This document shows positions 35,672 through 43,617 of a stretch of 43,617 bases of DNA, in pieces. Under the pieces are notes generated by a model that was given only the letters and a program-made list of their open reading frames with translations, searched no databases and was not told the DNA's origin. The translations under genes and the position numbers were made by a program. Within the stretch, counting starts at the first letter, position 1, and every line of letters begins with the position of its first letter. Source of the stretch: Smithella sp. (GTDB taxonomy: Bacteria > Desulfobacterota > Syntrophia > Syntrophales > Smithellaceae). Where the stretch lies: positions 1 through 43,617 of the forward strand of contig JASEHT010000002.1 in NCBI GenBank assembly GCA_030018675.1, written 5' to 3'.

Positions 35672-37141
35672 TCATTCAATCATCCAACGGGTGGCGTTGG
35701 CGGAATCTTTGAGAACAATATGCAACCGGGCCAGTTGGTTCCGGATGTCATCGGCTTTGGCCCAGTTCTTTTCCAGACGGGCGACCTGTCTTTGCCGGAC
35801 AAGATCTTCGATCTCCGCTATATCCAATCCTCGTTTACGCAGCTCGGTTTCTTTGTCGGCGGCAAAAAACCGGTCCGCATCGCTTTGAAAAATGCCCAGC
35901 ACATCGCCGAAATATTCAAATAATCTCGCGGCTTCTTTCAATATTTCAGCTTTACCGGACGCGGATATGTTTTTTTCTTCCATGACGAAATTATTCGTCA
36001 GTCGCACCATTTCGAACACATGTCCAAGAGCCTGCGCGGTGTTGAAATCATCATCCATCGCCGCGTTGAATTTATCCACCAGCTTTTCAAACTGTTCCGT
36101 GTAGTGTTGCCCGTTCTGCGCGTTCGCGCCCGGGCCGGAGGACGTTTTGCTATGCGTTTCCCGCAAAATCTGCAACGCCGTGTAGCACCGGATCAACGAT
36201 GTCCGGGCCTCGGCCAGCGAATCCTCCGAATAGTCAACCGGACTGCGGTAATGACTTTGCAACATAAACAGACGCAAGACTTCCGGGTGATAATTTTTCA
36301 GAATTTCCTTGACCGGAAATATATTGCCCAACGATTTGGACATTTTTTCCGAATTGATTTTCACAAAACCATTATGCATCCAGTAATGGGCGAGCGGTTT
36401 TCCGGTGGCGGCCAGCGACTGCGCTATTTCATTTTCGTGATGCGGGAAAATCAAATCCTCCCCGCCGCCGTGAATATCAAACGTTTCCCCCAGATAACGC
36501 CGGCTCATGGCAGAACATTCAATGTGCCAGCCGGGACGTCCTTTTCCCCAGGGGCTTTCCCAGAAGGGTTCACCTTCCTTGCTGTTTTTCCAGAGCGCGA
36601 AATCCAGCGGATTCTTTTTTTTGTCATTCACGTCAACGCGCGAGCCAGCCATCATTTCTTCCAGATTGCGTCCGGACAGACCACCGTATGGTTTGAAGTC
36701 GCTGATCGAAAAATAAACGTCTCCGTCAACGCAATATGCGTAGCCCTGCTCTTCAAGACTGCGGACCAAAGCGATCATATCGTTCATGTGTTCGGTCGCT
36801 TTCGGGGTTACCGTAGGGGTCTGAACGGCGAGAGCTTCCATATCTTCATCGTGCGCATTGATGTAACGCTCGGAGATTTCGGCAATGCCGACGCCTTCTT
36901 TGTTGGCGCGGTCGATAATCTTGTCGTCAATGTCGGTAAAGTTTTTGACAAACGTCACCTCATATCCCTTTGCCCGCAAATAGCGGACGACCACATCAAA
37001 CACGATTGCCGCGCGGGCATGACCGATATGGCAGACATCATAAGCGGTGATGCCGCAGACGTAAATGCCGACAGCGCCTTCCTTGATCGGCTGAAAGATT
37101 TCTTTTTTTCTGGTCTTCGTATTGAATATTTTTTGAGTCAT
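35672..37141 (-). CDS. cysS: Cysteine--tRNA ligase
   Basis: HIGH motif (CHIGHARA), KMSKS motif, Zn-binding Cys residues and WHIECS. 489 aa. Confidence 0.95.
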   Translation of the reverse strand: MTQKIFNTKTRKKEIFQPIKEGAVGIYVCGITAYDVCHIGHARAAIVFDVVVRYLRAKGYEVTFVKNFTDIDDKIIDRANKEGVGIAEISERYINAHDEDMEALAVQTPTVTPKATEHMNDMIALVRSLEEQGYAYCVDGDVYFSISDFKPYGGLSGRNLEEMMAGSRVDVNDKKKNPLDFALWKNSKEGEPFWESPWGKGRPGWHIECSAMSRRYLGETFDIHGGGEDLIFPHHENEIAQSLAATGKPLAHYWMHNGFVKINSEKMSKSLGNIFPVKEILKNYHPEVLRLFMLQSHYRSPVDYSEDSLAEARTSLIRCYTALQILRETHSKTSSGPGANAQNGQHYTEQFEKLVDKFNAAMDDDFNTAQALGHVFEMVRLTNNFVMEEKNISASGKAEILKEAARLFEYFGDVLGIFQSDADRFFAADKETELRKRGLDIAEIEDLVRQRQVARLEKNWAKADDIRNQLARLHIVLKDSANATRWMIE

Positions 37142-37160
37142 TGTATAAAACTCTCTGAAC

Positions 37161-38198
37161 TCAGGGATACAGCGGCGCTATCTTCAACCCGGCATCTTCC
37201 CGAAAACCGCACATGATGTTCATGTTTTGCACGGCCTGCCCGGCGGCGCCCTTAACTAGATTATCGATGGCCGCCATGATAATCACTCGTTTTGTCCGCG
37301 GATCAACCGCCAGTCCGATGTCGCAATAATTCGATCCGGTCACGGATGAAATATTGGGATAAACGCCTTCCGGACAAATCCGGATAAATTTTTCATTCGC
37401 ATAAAATGCGCTGTACAACGCGTGCAAGTCCGCCAGGGAGATGTCTTTTTTCAATTTCGCGTAAATCGTGCTGAGAATCCCCCGCTTCACCGGCAGCAGA
37501 TGCGGTGTGAAGGAAACGGCGAATTTCTTGCCGGCCAGGACATTCAGTTCCTGTTCGATTTCAGGAAGATGCCGGTGTTTCCCCACCTTATACGCCTTAA
37601 AGCCGCCGTCAACTTCGCAAAAAAGCGAACCGGTCAGAGGTTCCCGTCCCGCGCCGCTGACACCGGAAGCGGAATCCGCAATAATCGTGGACACGTCCAC
37701 CATCTTTTTCTTCAGCGCGGGAGCAAGCCCCAGGATAATGCTGGTCGGATAGCATCCGGGATTGGCGATAAAATCCGCTTTCCTGATTTTGGGCCGATAC
37801 AGTTCCGGAAGGCCGTAAACGGCATTTTTGATAAACTTGGCGCTGGCATGTTTGCCGTACCAGGTTTCATAGGTCTTGATATCCCGCAGCCGGTAATCGG
37901 CGCTCAAATCAATGACCTTCTTTCCTGCCTTGATAAATTCCGGAACAATATTCATGGAAACGCCATGCGGCAAAGCCAGAAAAACCACATCGCTTTCCTG
38001 GCTGATCTGAGCCGGAGCAGCGTCTTGATATTGCAAGGTGTTCAAACCCTGCAGCGACGGGAAAACATCCGCGACCTTTTGTCCGGTGAACCGCCGCGAC
38101 GTGACCGCAACCAACTTCACACCGGGATGTCCCGATAATATTCTGGTCAGTTCCTGACCCGTGTATCCGCTGGCACCGAATATTGCTGCTTTCATCAT
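37161..38198 (-). CDS. argC: N-acetyl-gamma-glutamyl-phosphate reductase
   Basis: MMKAAIFGASGYTGQEL Rossmann N-terminus and catalytic NPGCYPT motif. The start is trimmed to ATG 38198, which has GGGAGA 8 nt upstream. The longer track ORF would overlap rpsI. Confidence 0.9.
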   Translation of the reverse strand: MMKAAIFGASGYTGQELTRILSGHPGVKLVAVTSRRFTGQKVADVFPSLQGLNTLQYQDAAPAQISQESDVVFLALPHGVSMNIVPEFIKAGKKVIDLSADYRLRDIKTYETWYGKHASAKFIKNAVYGLPELYRPKIRKADFIANPGCYPTSIILGLAPALKKKMVDVSTIIADSASGVSGAGREPLTGSLFCEVDGGFKAYKVGKHRHLPEIEQELNVLAGKKFAVSFTPHLLPVKRGILSTIYAKLKKDISLADLHALYSAFYANEKFIRICPEGVYPNISSVTGSNYCDIGLAVDPRTKRVIIMAAIDNLVKGAAGQAVQNMNIMCGFREDAGLKIAPLYP

Positions 38199-38247
38199 AA
38201 AAAATCTCCCAAAAAAAAGGGAGGCCGGAAGCCCCCCTTTTGGAAAA

Positions 38248-38640
38248 TTATCGTTTGGAGAATTGGAATCTTTTCCGCGCTCCGGGTTGCCCGTATTTCT
38301 TTCGTTCTTTAACCCGGGCATCTCTGGTTAAAAAACCCGCCTTTTTCAGGACGGAGCGCATCTCCGCATCATACTCCAGAAGCGCTTTCGATATTCCATG
38401 CTTCACCGCGCCTGCCTGACCGGCCGCGCCGCCGCCTCTCACATTGACATATAAATCAAACTGATCTTTTTTGCCCGTTATTTCCAGGGGCTGCTTGATG
38501 ATCATTTTCAGGCTCGGACGGGTAAAATACTCGTCGAAGCTTCTTTTATTGACAACAATATTACCACTGCCTGCCTTCATATACACGCGGGCAATAGCGC
38601 TTTTTCTTTTGCCAGTTGCGTAATACCTTTGTTCCGTCAT
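38248..38640 (-). CDS. rpsI: 30S ribosomal protein S9
   Basis: [14 protein letters not shown]...[19 protein letters not shown]...[17 protein letters not shown]. Confidence 0.97.
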   Translation of the reverse strand: MTEQRYYATGKRKSAIARVYMKAGSGNIVVNKRSFDEYFTRPSLKMIIKQPLEITGKKDQFDLYVNVRGGGAAGQAGAVKHGISKALLEYDAEMRSVLKKAGFLTRDARVKERKKYGQPGARKRFQFSKR

Positions 38641-38664
38641 GGTTTCTCCACTAAATTCAATAAA

Positions 38665-39093
38665 TTAAATTGACAATGTTTCCGGACACTGGGCTTCATG
38701 GATATGAGCGCTTCCGGAATACACTTTCAGTTTTTTCAGCATTTTGCGTCCGAGATTGGTTTTGGGCAGCATGCCCTGCACGGCGATGCGGATTACTTCC
38801 TCCGGCTTTTCCGCCAGCATCTTGCCGGCTGTCGTTTCCTTGATTCCGCCGGGATAACCGGAATAGGAATAATATTTTTTATCGGTCAGCTTTTTCGCGG
38901 TCAGAACGACCTTTTCGGCATTCACGACAATAATAAAATCGCCCGTATCAACGTGCGGCGTGTACGTCGGTTTGTGTTTGCCTCTCAAACGACTGGCGAT
39001 TTCACTGGCGAATCTGCCCAGCACTTTTCCCGAAGCGTCGGCAACATACCATTTTTGATCCGCCGTTTCGGCTTTGGCCATATATGTCTTCAT
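38665..39093 (-). CDS. rplM: 50S ribosomal protein L13
   Basis: [47 protein letters not shown]. Confidence 0.97.
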   Translation of the reverse strand: MKTYMAKAETADQKWYVADASGKVLGRFASEIASRLRGKHKPTYTPHVDTGDFIIVVNAEKVVLTAKKLTDKKYYSYSGYPGGIKETTAGKMLAEKPEEVIRIAVQGMLPKTNLGRKMLKKLKVYSGSAHIHEAQCPETLSI

Positions 39094-39186
39094 AATAAAA
39101 CCACCATCTTAATGAAAAATTTAAAGGCGAACCTTATGCAATCTTCCTTTGATTGTCAAGAAAAATATTTGCCTGTTTTTTCTTAT

Positions 39187-40770
39187 TTATTCGGCGTTAT
39201 TCGGCACCGGACGGATTTCCAGAATCCGATCCACGTTAAAAATGCGGTTTTGCTTCCGCGTAAGGCAATAAGCGTACAAACCCAGATACGGATGACCGTT
39301 ATATTCCATTTCCTCCACGCGAAGCGGGCGAATCATCCGCTCTGATTTTTCATCTTTCGCTTTTAGATAAACAATTTCAACGACTTGCCTTTCTTGAAAC
39401 GCCGCCTCCAGCATCTCAATCTTCTGCTCGCGGGTGCAGGTCAGTTCGGCTTTGGCGTACTGCAGGCCCGTCAGAAACTTCATCACCTGCCAATCCATCA
39501 AAACATGGCTTTTTTTCAACGGATTTTTCAGCACAATGCCTTCCATGGTCGTGCAGCGGGAAAGCGCCACATACATCTGCCCGTGGGCGAAAGTCCCGCG
39601 CCCCACATCAATAATCACCTTTTCAAACGTTTTCCCCTGGCTTTTATGAATCGTCACCGCAAAGGCCAGCCGCACCGGATACTGGTGGAAAGACCCGACC
39701 TCTTCCGAATGCAGTTCCTCATTCTTGAGAAAATATTTATAAATTTTCCACGTATGGGGAGCGATTTCCACCGTGTCGCCATTGTCCAGGATGGCAACGA
39801 TGACATCCTCGTCATCCTCGTTTTTGGCGAATTTTTTTATTTTGCCGATAGTTCCGTTCACCCACTGGCCGTACGAATCGTTATTCAGCAGCATGATCTG
39901 CGCGCCCTTTTTCAGTTTCAGATCAAGGGCCGTCGGCATGGATTCCGCCCCGAAATCGCCTTCAACCAATCCCTGCGCCTTCCAGATTTTGCCGGGCAGT
40001 TGCGCCAGCCGCTGTTCATTGATGCTATCGGCAAGGCTATTGGTGCTCGTCAGCGATATATAAAAATCTTTCCCCGAAACCTCATAAGACGGATCGCAGC
40101 GCCGGTTAAAAAGCGCGATATCTTCCTCTGTGATGGAATTGTTGCGCACCACGTTGAGCAGGCGGATAAACTCGTCATCCTTCTGGCGGTAAACCTTTTC
40201 CAGTTCGACAAATTCCATATAGAGTTCTTCCATCACTTTAGCGCTGAAAAAATACGGGCTCCTGTAATGTGCGCGGAAAAGCTCGCGCTCCGCGCTGCTC
40301 ACCACCGGCGGCAGTTGATACAAATCGCCGATGAAAATCATCTGCACGCCGCCGAAAGGCCGCTTGGAATCGGGACCGTTCAAACGCAGAAATTTATCCA
40401 CGCAGTCCAGCAGATCGGCGCGCACCATCGAAACTTCATCAATGACGATGGTCTTTAATTTTTTATAAATAGATGTCTTTTCTTTGCCGGTCGCCTTTTT
40501 TTTCTTGATGGCAGCCAGAGTAACATTCGGTTTAAAATGAAAAAAGGAGTGAATCGTCTGCCCGCCGATATTCACGGCGGCCACGCCCGTCGGCGCCAGC
40601 AATACGGCGTTTTTCTTCGTATGGCTGTAAAAATAGTTCAGCAGAGTTGACTTGCCGGTGCCGGCACGACCCGTGATGAAGATATTTTTATCCGTCTCCT
40701 CCATCAAATTCAGCGCGTACTGAAACTCGGGATTAAATTCAATTTTAAAAGGTTGTTGTGCGTTGGTCAT
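39187..40770 (-). CDS. PIF1/RecD-family SF1B helicase with C-terminal WYL-like domain
   Basis: Walker A GRAGTGKST, motif II IVIDEVSM, DLYQLPPV, and TIHKSQGKTF...MYVALSRC. The last ~70 aa (VVEIVYLKAKDEKSERMIRPLRVEEMEYNGHPYLGLYAYCLTRKQNRIFNVDRILEI) fit the WYL-domain pattern. Confidence 0.8.
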   Translation of the reverse strand: MTNAQQPFKIEFNPEFQYALNLMEETDKNIFITGRAGTGKSTLLNYFYSHTKKNAVLLAPTGVAAVNIGGQTIHSFFHFKPNVTLAAIKKKKATGKEKTSIYKKLKTIVIDEVSMVRADLLDCVDKFLRLNGPDSKRPFGGVQMIFIGDLYQLPPVVSSAERELFRAHYRSPYFFSAKVMEELYMEFVELEKVYRQKDDEFIRLLNVVRNNSITEEDIALFNRRCDPSYEVSGKDFYISLTSTNSLADSINEQRLAQLPGKIWKAQGLVEGDFGAESMPTALDLKLKKGAQIMLLNNDSYGQWVNGTIGKIKKFAKNEDDEDVIVAILDNGDTVEIAPHTWKIYKYFLKNEELHSEEVGSFHQYPVRLAFAVTIHKSQGKTFEKVIIDVGRGTFAHGQMYVALSRCTTMEGIVLKNPLKKSHVLMDWQVMKFLTGLQYAKAELTCTREQKIEMLEAAFQERQVVEIVYLKAKDEKSERMIRPLRVEEMEYNGHPYLGLYAYCLTRKQNRIFNVDRILEIRPVPNNAE

Positions 40771-40880
40771 TTAAGAATTGCCCGGACTTACGTAAAAATT
40801 TTTGAAATTCGGTTAAGCGGAAAAACCTGAATATCAAATATCTTTGGTTTTATTTTTTTAGCGCAATGTTATTACCACAA

Positions 40881-41003
40881 AATACCAAGTAGCAAAAGTT
40901 CATTTTGTTGGGTTTTAAAGGATTTATTTCTTTGTATTCTTCTCAAAGAAGAGTAATATTTCCTCCGAAAAGCGGAAAAAACTAAGTAAGTATATTAATT
41001 GTT
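40881..41003 (+). repeat. 122-nt intergenic repeat, copy B, ending at GTT 15 nt before the rsgA start
   Basis: See copy A (17858..17979). The junction here reads AATTGTTCGGC. A partial extra match to the element's 3' part (AAGCGGAAAAACC) lies ~60 nt upstream. Confidence 0.7.
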
Positions 41004-41018
41004 CGGCGATATGATTTT

Positions 41019-42077
41019 ATGAAATTGAGCGATCTGGGTTTCGACCCATGGTTTGAGAAACAGATAAGTGATTTGCATCAGGAGGGTCGCGGCATTGCCC
41101 GCCTATCGGCGGTTGACCGCGGCTCATACCTTATCAGAAACGAAAACGGAGAAGTTCCGGCTGAACTCGCCGGTAAGTTTTCCTACCAGATTGAAAGCCC
41201 GGTTGAGCTGCCCTGTGTCGGAGATTGGGTGACGGTGCAATATTATAATGATAACGCGGCGGCAATCATTCATGGCGTGTTTCCACGAAAAACTTTCCTG
41301 CGCCGCAAGACCGCCGGTGAAAACGTCGACTTCCAGATGATTGCCGCCAACATTGATGGTGCTTTCATTGTACAGTCATGCCATTTTGACTTCAACCCGC
41401 GCCGTATGGATCGGTACCTGGTCATGGCAGCCGACGGAAAAGTTGAGCCGATTGTCATCCTGACGAAGACAGACTTGATCAGCCCGGATGAGCTGGACCT
41501 GAAGCTGGCGATCACAAAATCTACCGCTCTTACCGCCAGAGTCGTTGCGCTGAGCAATGTTAGCGGCGCCGGGTTCGATGCGTTTAAAGAGATGCTCGTA
41601 CCGGGAAAGACCTACTGTCTGCTTGGTTCATCGGGCGTCGGGAAGACGACACTCATCAACCGCTTGATCGGTCAGGACGCTTTTGACACAAAGGCTGTAA
41701 GTGGAACGGGCGAAGGCACCCATACGACGACGCGCAGGCAGCTCATCGTACTGGGTCAAGGCGCCATGTTGATTGATACCCCCGGAATGCGAGAGCTGGG
41801 CCTTCTTGGTACAGGCGACGGGTTCAACCAGGGCTTTGAAGAGATTGCCCTCCTTTCCGAAAGCTGTCGCTATGCGAATTGCAGCCATGAACACGAATCC
41901 GGCTGTGCCGTCCGGGCAGCAGTAAAAGACGGTGAATTGAATGAAGATCGTTATGCCAGCTACATCAAACTCAAGAAGGAATCCGAATACAACGAGATGT
42001 CGTACCTGGACAAACGCAAGAAGGACAAAGCATTCGGACGCTTCATGAAATCGTTCAAAAAGCAAATGAAGGACTGA
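41019..42077 (+). CDS. rsgA: Ribosome small-subunit-dependent GTPase A (circularly permuted GTPase)
   Basis: N-terminal OB fold. Permuted G motifs are TKTDL (G4) and then GSSGVGKTTLIN (G1), DTPG (G3). C-terminal zinc knuckle CRYANCSHEHESGC. Confidence 0.85.
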   Translation: MKLSDLGFDPWFEKQISDLHQEGRGIARLSAVDRGSYLIRNENGEVPAELAGKFSYQIESPVELPCVGDWVTVQYYNDNAAAIIHGVFPRKTFLRRKTAGENVDFQMIAANIDGAFIVQSCHFDFNPRRMDRYLVMAADGKVEPIVILTKTDLISPDELDLKLAITKSTALTARVVALSNVSGAGFDAFKEMLVPGKTYCLLGSSGVGKTTLINRLIGQDAFDTKAVSGTGEGTHTTTRRQLIVLGQGAMLIDTPGMRELGLLGTGDGFNQGFEEIALLSESCRYANCSHEHESGCAVRAAVKDGELNEDRYASYIKLKKESEYNEMSYLDKRKKDKAFGRFMKSFKKQMKD

Positions 42078-42085
42078 AAACGATT

Positions 42086-42138
42086 ACCGCACAAGGTCAA
42101 TACAGCCGCTCGCTTTCCTGGTGATGCCGTCGTTAAAC
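42086..42138 (+). repeat. Decayed attC-like site downstream of rsgA
   Basis: It shares GTCAATACAGCCG (42096..42108) exactly with attC-like site 3 (19603..19615), plus the TCC.G.TGAT...TCGTT right half. It ends in a consensus core GTTAAAC (42132..42138). Arm complementarity is largely lost. Confidence 0.4.
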
Positions 42139-42602
42139 AGGACAAATGAAAATATCATTCATCTGGTTTTTGCATACGCGGGAGAATGTCTTTCTTCCTA
42201 CAATCCTCCTTAACCTGATAACCGTAAAAAAAAATAGAAGCGTCCGATTGGAAAAGCTTGCTCATACCCCGAACAGAGCAGCTAAGTATCTGTATGCGTG
42301 CAGAAAAAGGCAAGTGTCAGATATTTTTACAAGCTCATAAAATCAACAATACGAATAATTACATCTGGTTAAGTAAAATATGATGGCCTTGTACCATTTT
42401 ACACCATCCATTAACGGTCGGATATCTTTACAATATGGCTTTTGACAGATATTTGTGAGTAGTTCCCACTATCGTAATATAATAATAATTTCAGCTTGTT
42501 ATGGCAAGCATGGAGTATTGGCTTATTATTTGCAGTTATAAAATGTGTAATGTGTAGGTAAGTTAGCATTAATGTCAGACCACCCCAAAAAAGGAGGGTG
42601 CC

Positions 42603-43487
42603 ATGAGAAAAAAATCTAAGAAAATGTGGTACACTTTAGGCACAGGAATAGCTTCTGAAATGAAGTGCAGATTTTTGATTCTATTCGTAGCAGCGACATT
42701 CGCCACGCTTCTTTTCGCTCCCTTGGCATCGGCCATTTCAATACTGGGTTCAGCAGAAGACTTCGCGGTTCTGGGTGCCTCGACGGTGACCAATACCGGC
42801 TCGACCACCATTACCGGAGATCTGGGTGTCTACCCCGGCACTTCGATCACTGGCGTAGGAAGTGTCACGCTCACCGGAGCCGTACATCAGACCGACGCAG
42901 TCGCGCAGCAAGCTCAGATTGATGTCACGACTGCTTACAACGCTCTGGCAGCCATGCCGTTCACTAGTAACTTAACAGGCCAGGATTTGGGTGGACTCAC
43001 ACTCACACCGGGCGTCTATCGTTTTGACTCGTCGGCTCAGTTGACGGGAACACTCACGCTCGACGCGCAAGGCACCAACAGTGCGTTCTGGGTTTTCCAG
43101 ATAGGGAGCACACTCACGACCGCAAGCGCCTCGTCGGTTCAGGTGATCAATTTTGGTTCCAATGGCGGCTTCGATGACGGCTTGTTCTGGCAGGTCGGTA
43201 GCTCAGCAACGCTCGGTACCAGCACTGCTTTTGAAGGGAATATCCTCGCACTCGCAAGCATCACCCTGAACACAACCGCAACAATTGAAAATGGTAGAGC
43301 CTTGGCGCAGACCGGTGCGGTGACGATGGATACCAATACCATCAGCAATGTCTGCCCCATCGACGGCCCAGGTAACGGCGGACCCGGCTACACTGGCGGC
43401 CTTGAGTATGACCGTGCCGGAACCGGCAACAATTCTCCTCCTTGGACTTGGCCTAGTTGGCGTTGCAGGAATCAGGCGAAAGATTAA
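42603..43487 (+). CDS. DUF3494 ice-binding-like family secreted protein; the 3' end appears frameshifted away from its PEP-CTERM anchor
   Basis: Strong SD AAGGAGG and a signal peptide ending [40 protein letters not shown]...[22 protein letters not shown]...[28 protein letters not shown]...[15 protein letters not shown] is the type-1 ice-binding / DUF3494 beta-solenoid signature. Confidence 0.8.
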   Translation: MRKKSKKMWYTLGTGIASEMKCRFLILFVAATFATLLFAPLASAISILGSAEDFAVLGASTVTNTGSTTITGDLGVYPGTSITGVGSVTLTGAVHQTDAVAQQAQIDVTTAYNALAAMPFTSNLTGQDLGGLTLTPGVYRFDSSAQLTGTLTLDAQGTNSAFWVFQIGSTLTTASASSVQVINFGSNGGFDDGLFWQVGSSATLGTSTAFEGNILALASITLNTTATIENGRALAQTGAVTMDTNTISNVCPIDGPGNGGPGYTGGLEYDRAGTGNNSPPWTWPSWRCRNQAKD

Positions 43488-43494
43488 AAACTAA
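43414..43494 (+). other. PEP-CTERM sorting signal encoded in the +1 frame relative to the DUF3494 ORF
   Basis: Reading from 43414 gives [26 protein letters not shown] then TAA (43492..43494). This is a textbook PEP motif, hydrophobic helix and basic tail. The annotated frame instead reads [24 protein letters not shown]. Confidence 0.8.
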
Positions 43495-43617
43495 CGAAAC
43501 ACTTTATCCGTTTTAACACATAAAGAGGCAGGGTTGTAATCGGCTCTGCCTTTATGTTGAGCCTTTTGGCCGCTAATCTGAACTCGTCAGTGGAGGTGGT
43601 CATGTTTATTATAAGAG

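Noticed and set aside
38199-38321. N-terminal extension of the argC track ORF overlapping rpsI
   Set aside because: The extension overlaps the 3' end of rpsI by 74 nt and encodes no ArgC-like sequence. The canonical MMKAAIFGASGYTG start has its own GGGAGA SD.
42146-42340. 64-aa plus-strand ORF in the AT-rich spacer after rsgA
   Set aside because: It has no SD and an AT-driven composition (Lys/Ile/Phe/Asn-rich) with no motif. It lies in what looks like a promoter/leader region for the DUF3494 gene.
1-43617. Scan for rRNA, tRNA, CRISPR arrays, transposases, integrases and toxin-antitoxin pairs
   Set aside because: There are no cloverleaf-like segments in the intergenic regions, no regularly spaced direct repeats, and no DDE transposase or tyrosine/serine recombinase motifs among the translated ORFs. 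Mobility is suggested only by the attC-like sites and the 122-nt repeat.

Overview
43.6-kb chromosomal window from a diderm bacterium. The gene content resembles Desulfobacterota-type anaerobes, but that is inference only. Most of it is envelope and translation housekeeping: an mlaEFDCA lipid-transport operon, tolQRAB-pal-cpoB, ctpA / yibQ-like / TPR / LolB-like envelope genes, cysS, argC, rpsI-rplM, truA, pdaD, and an epmB-efp-epmA EF-P beta-lysylation module. Three accessory stretches stand out. (1) 1-9.3 kb holds a MarR regulator, a P-loop kinase-like protein, a stand-alone NRPS-type condensation-domain protein and a radical SAM/SPASM enzyme. An untracked 42-codon ORF fills the gap upstream of the rSAM gene. 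A HlyD/FtsX-type ABC exporter and a small beta-barrel OMP follow, all co-directional with and abutting the mla operon. I consider this the best candidate for an undescribed maturation/export system. (2) 17.9-20.0 kb is an AT-rich integron-style cassette array: a fosX-like gene plus three small membrane-protein ORFs. They are separated by three attC-like imperfect palindromes whose core sites follow cassette circular-permutation logic. No integrase is present in the window. (3) A 122-nt repeat sits immediately 5' of the first cassette and again 5' of rsgA, which is itself followed by a decayed attC-like site. Other notable points are MlaF fused to a degenerate GGDEF domain, a PIF1-WYL helicase, and a DUF3494 ice-binding-like protein whose PEP-CTERM anchor lies in the +1 frame. 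No rRNA, tRNA or CRISPR array was seen. All family calls rest on motif recognition by eye; no database search was run.
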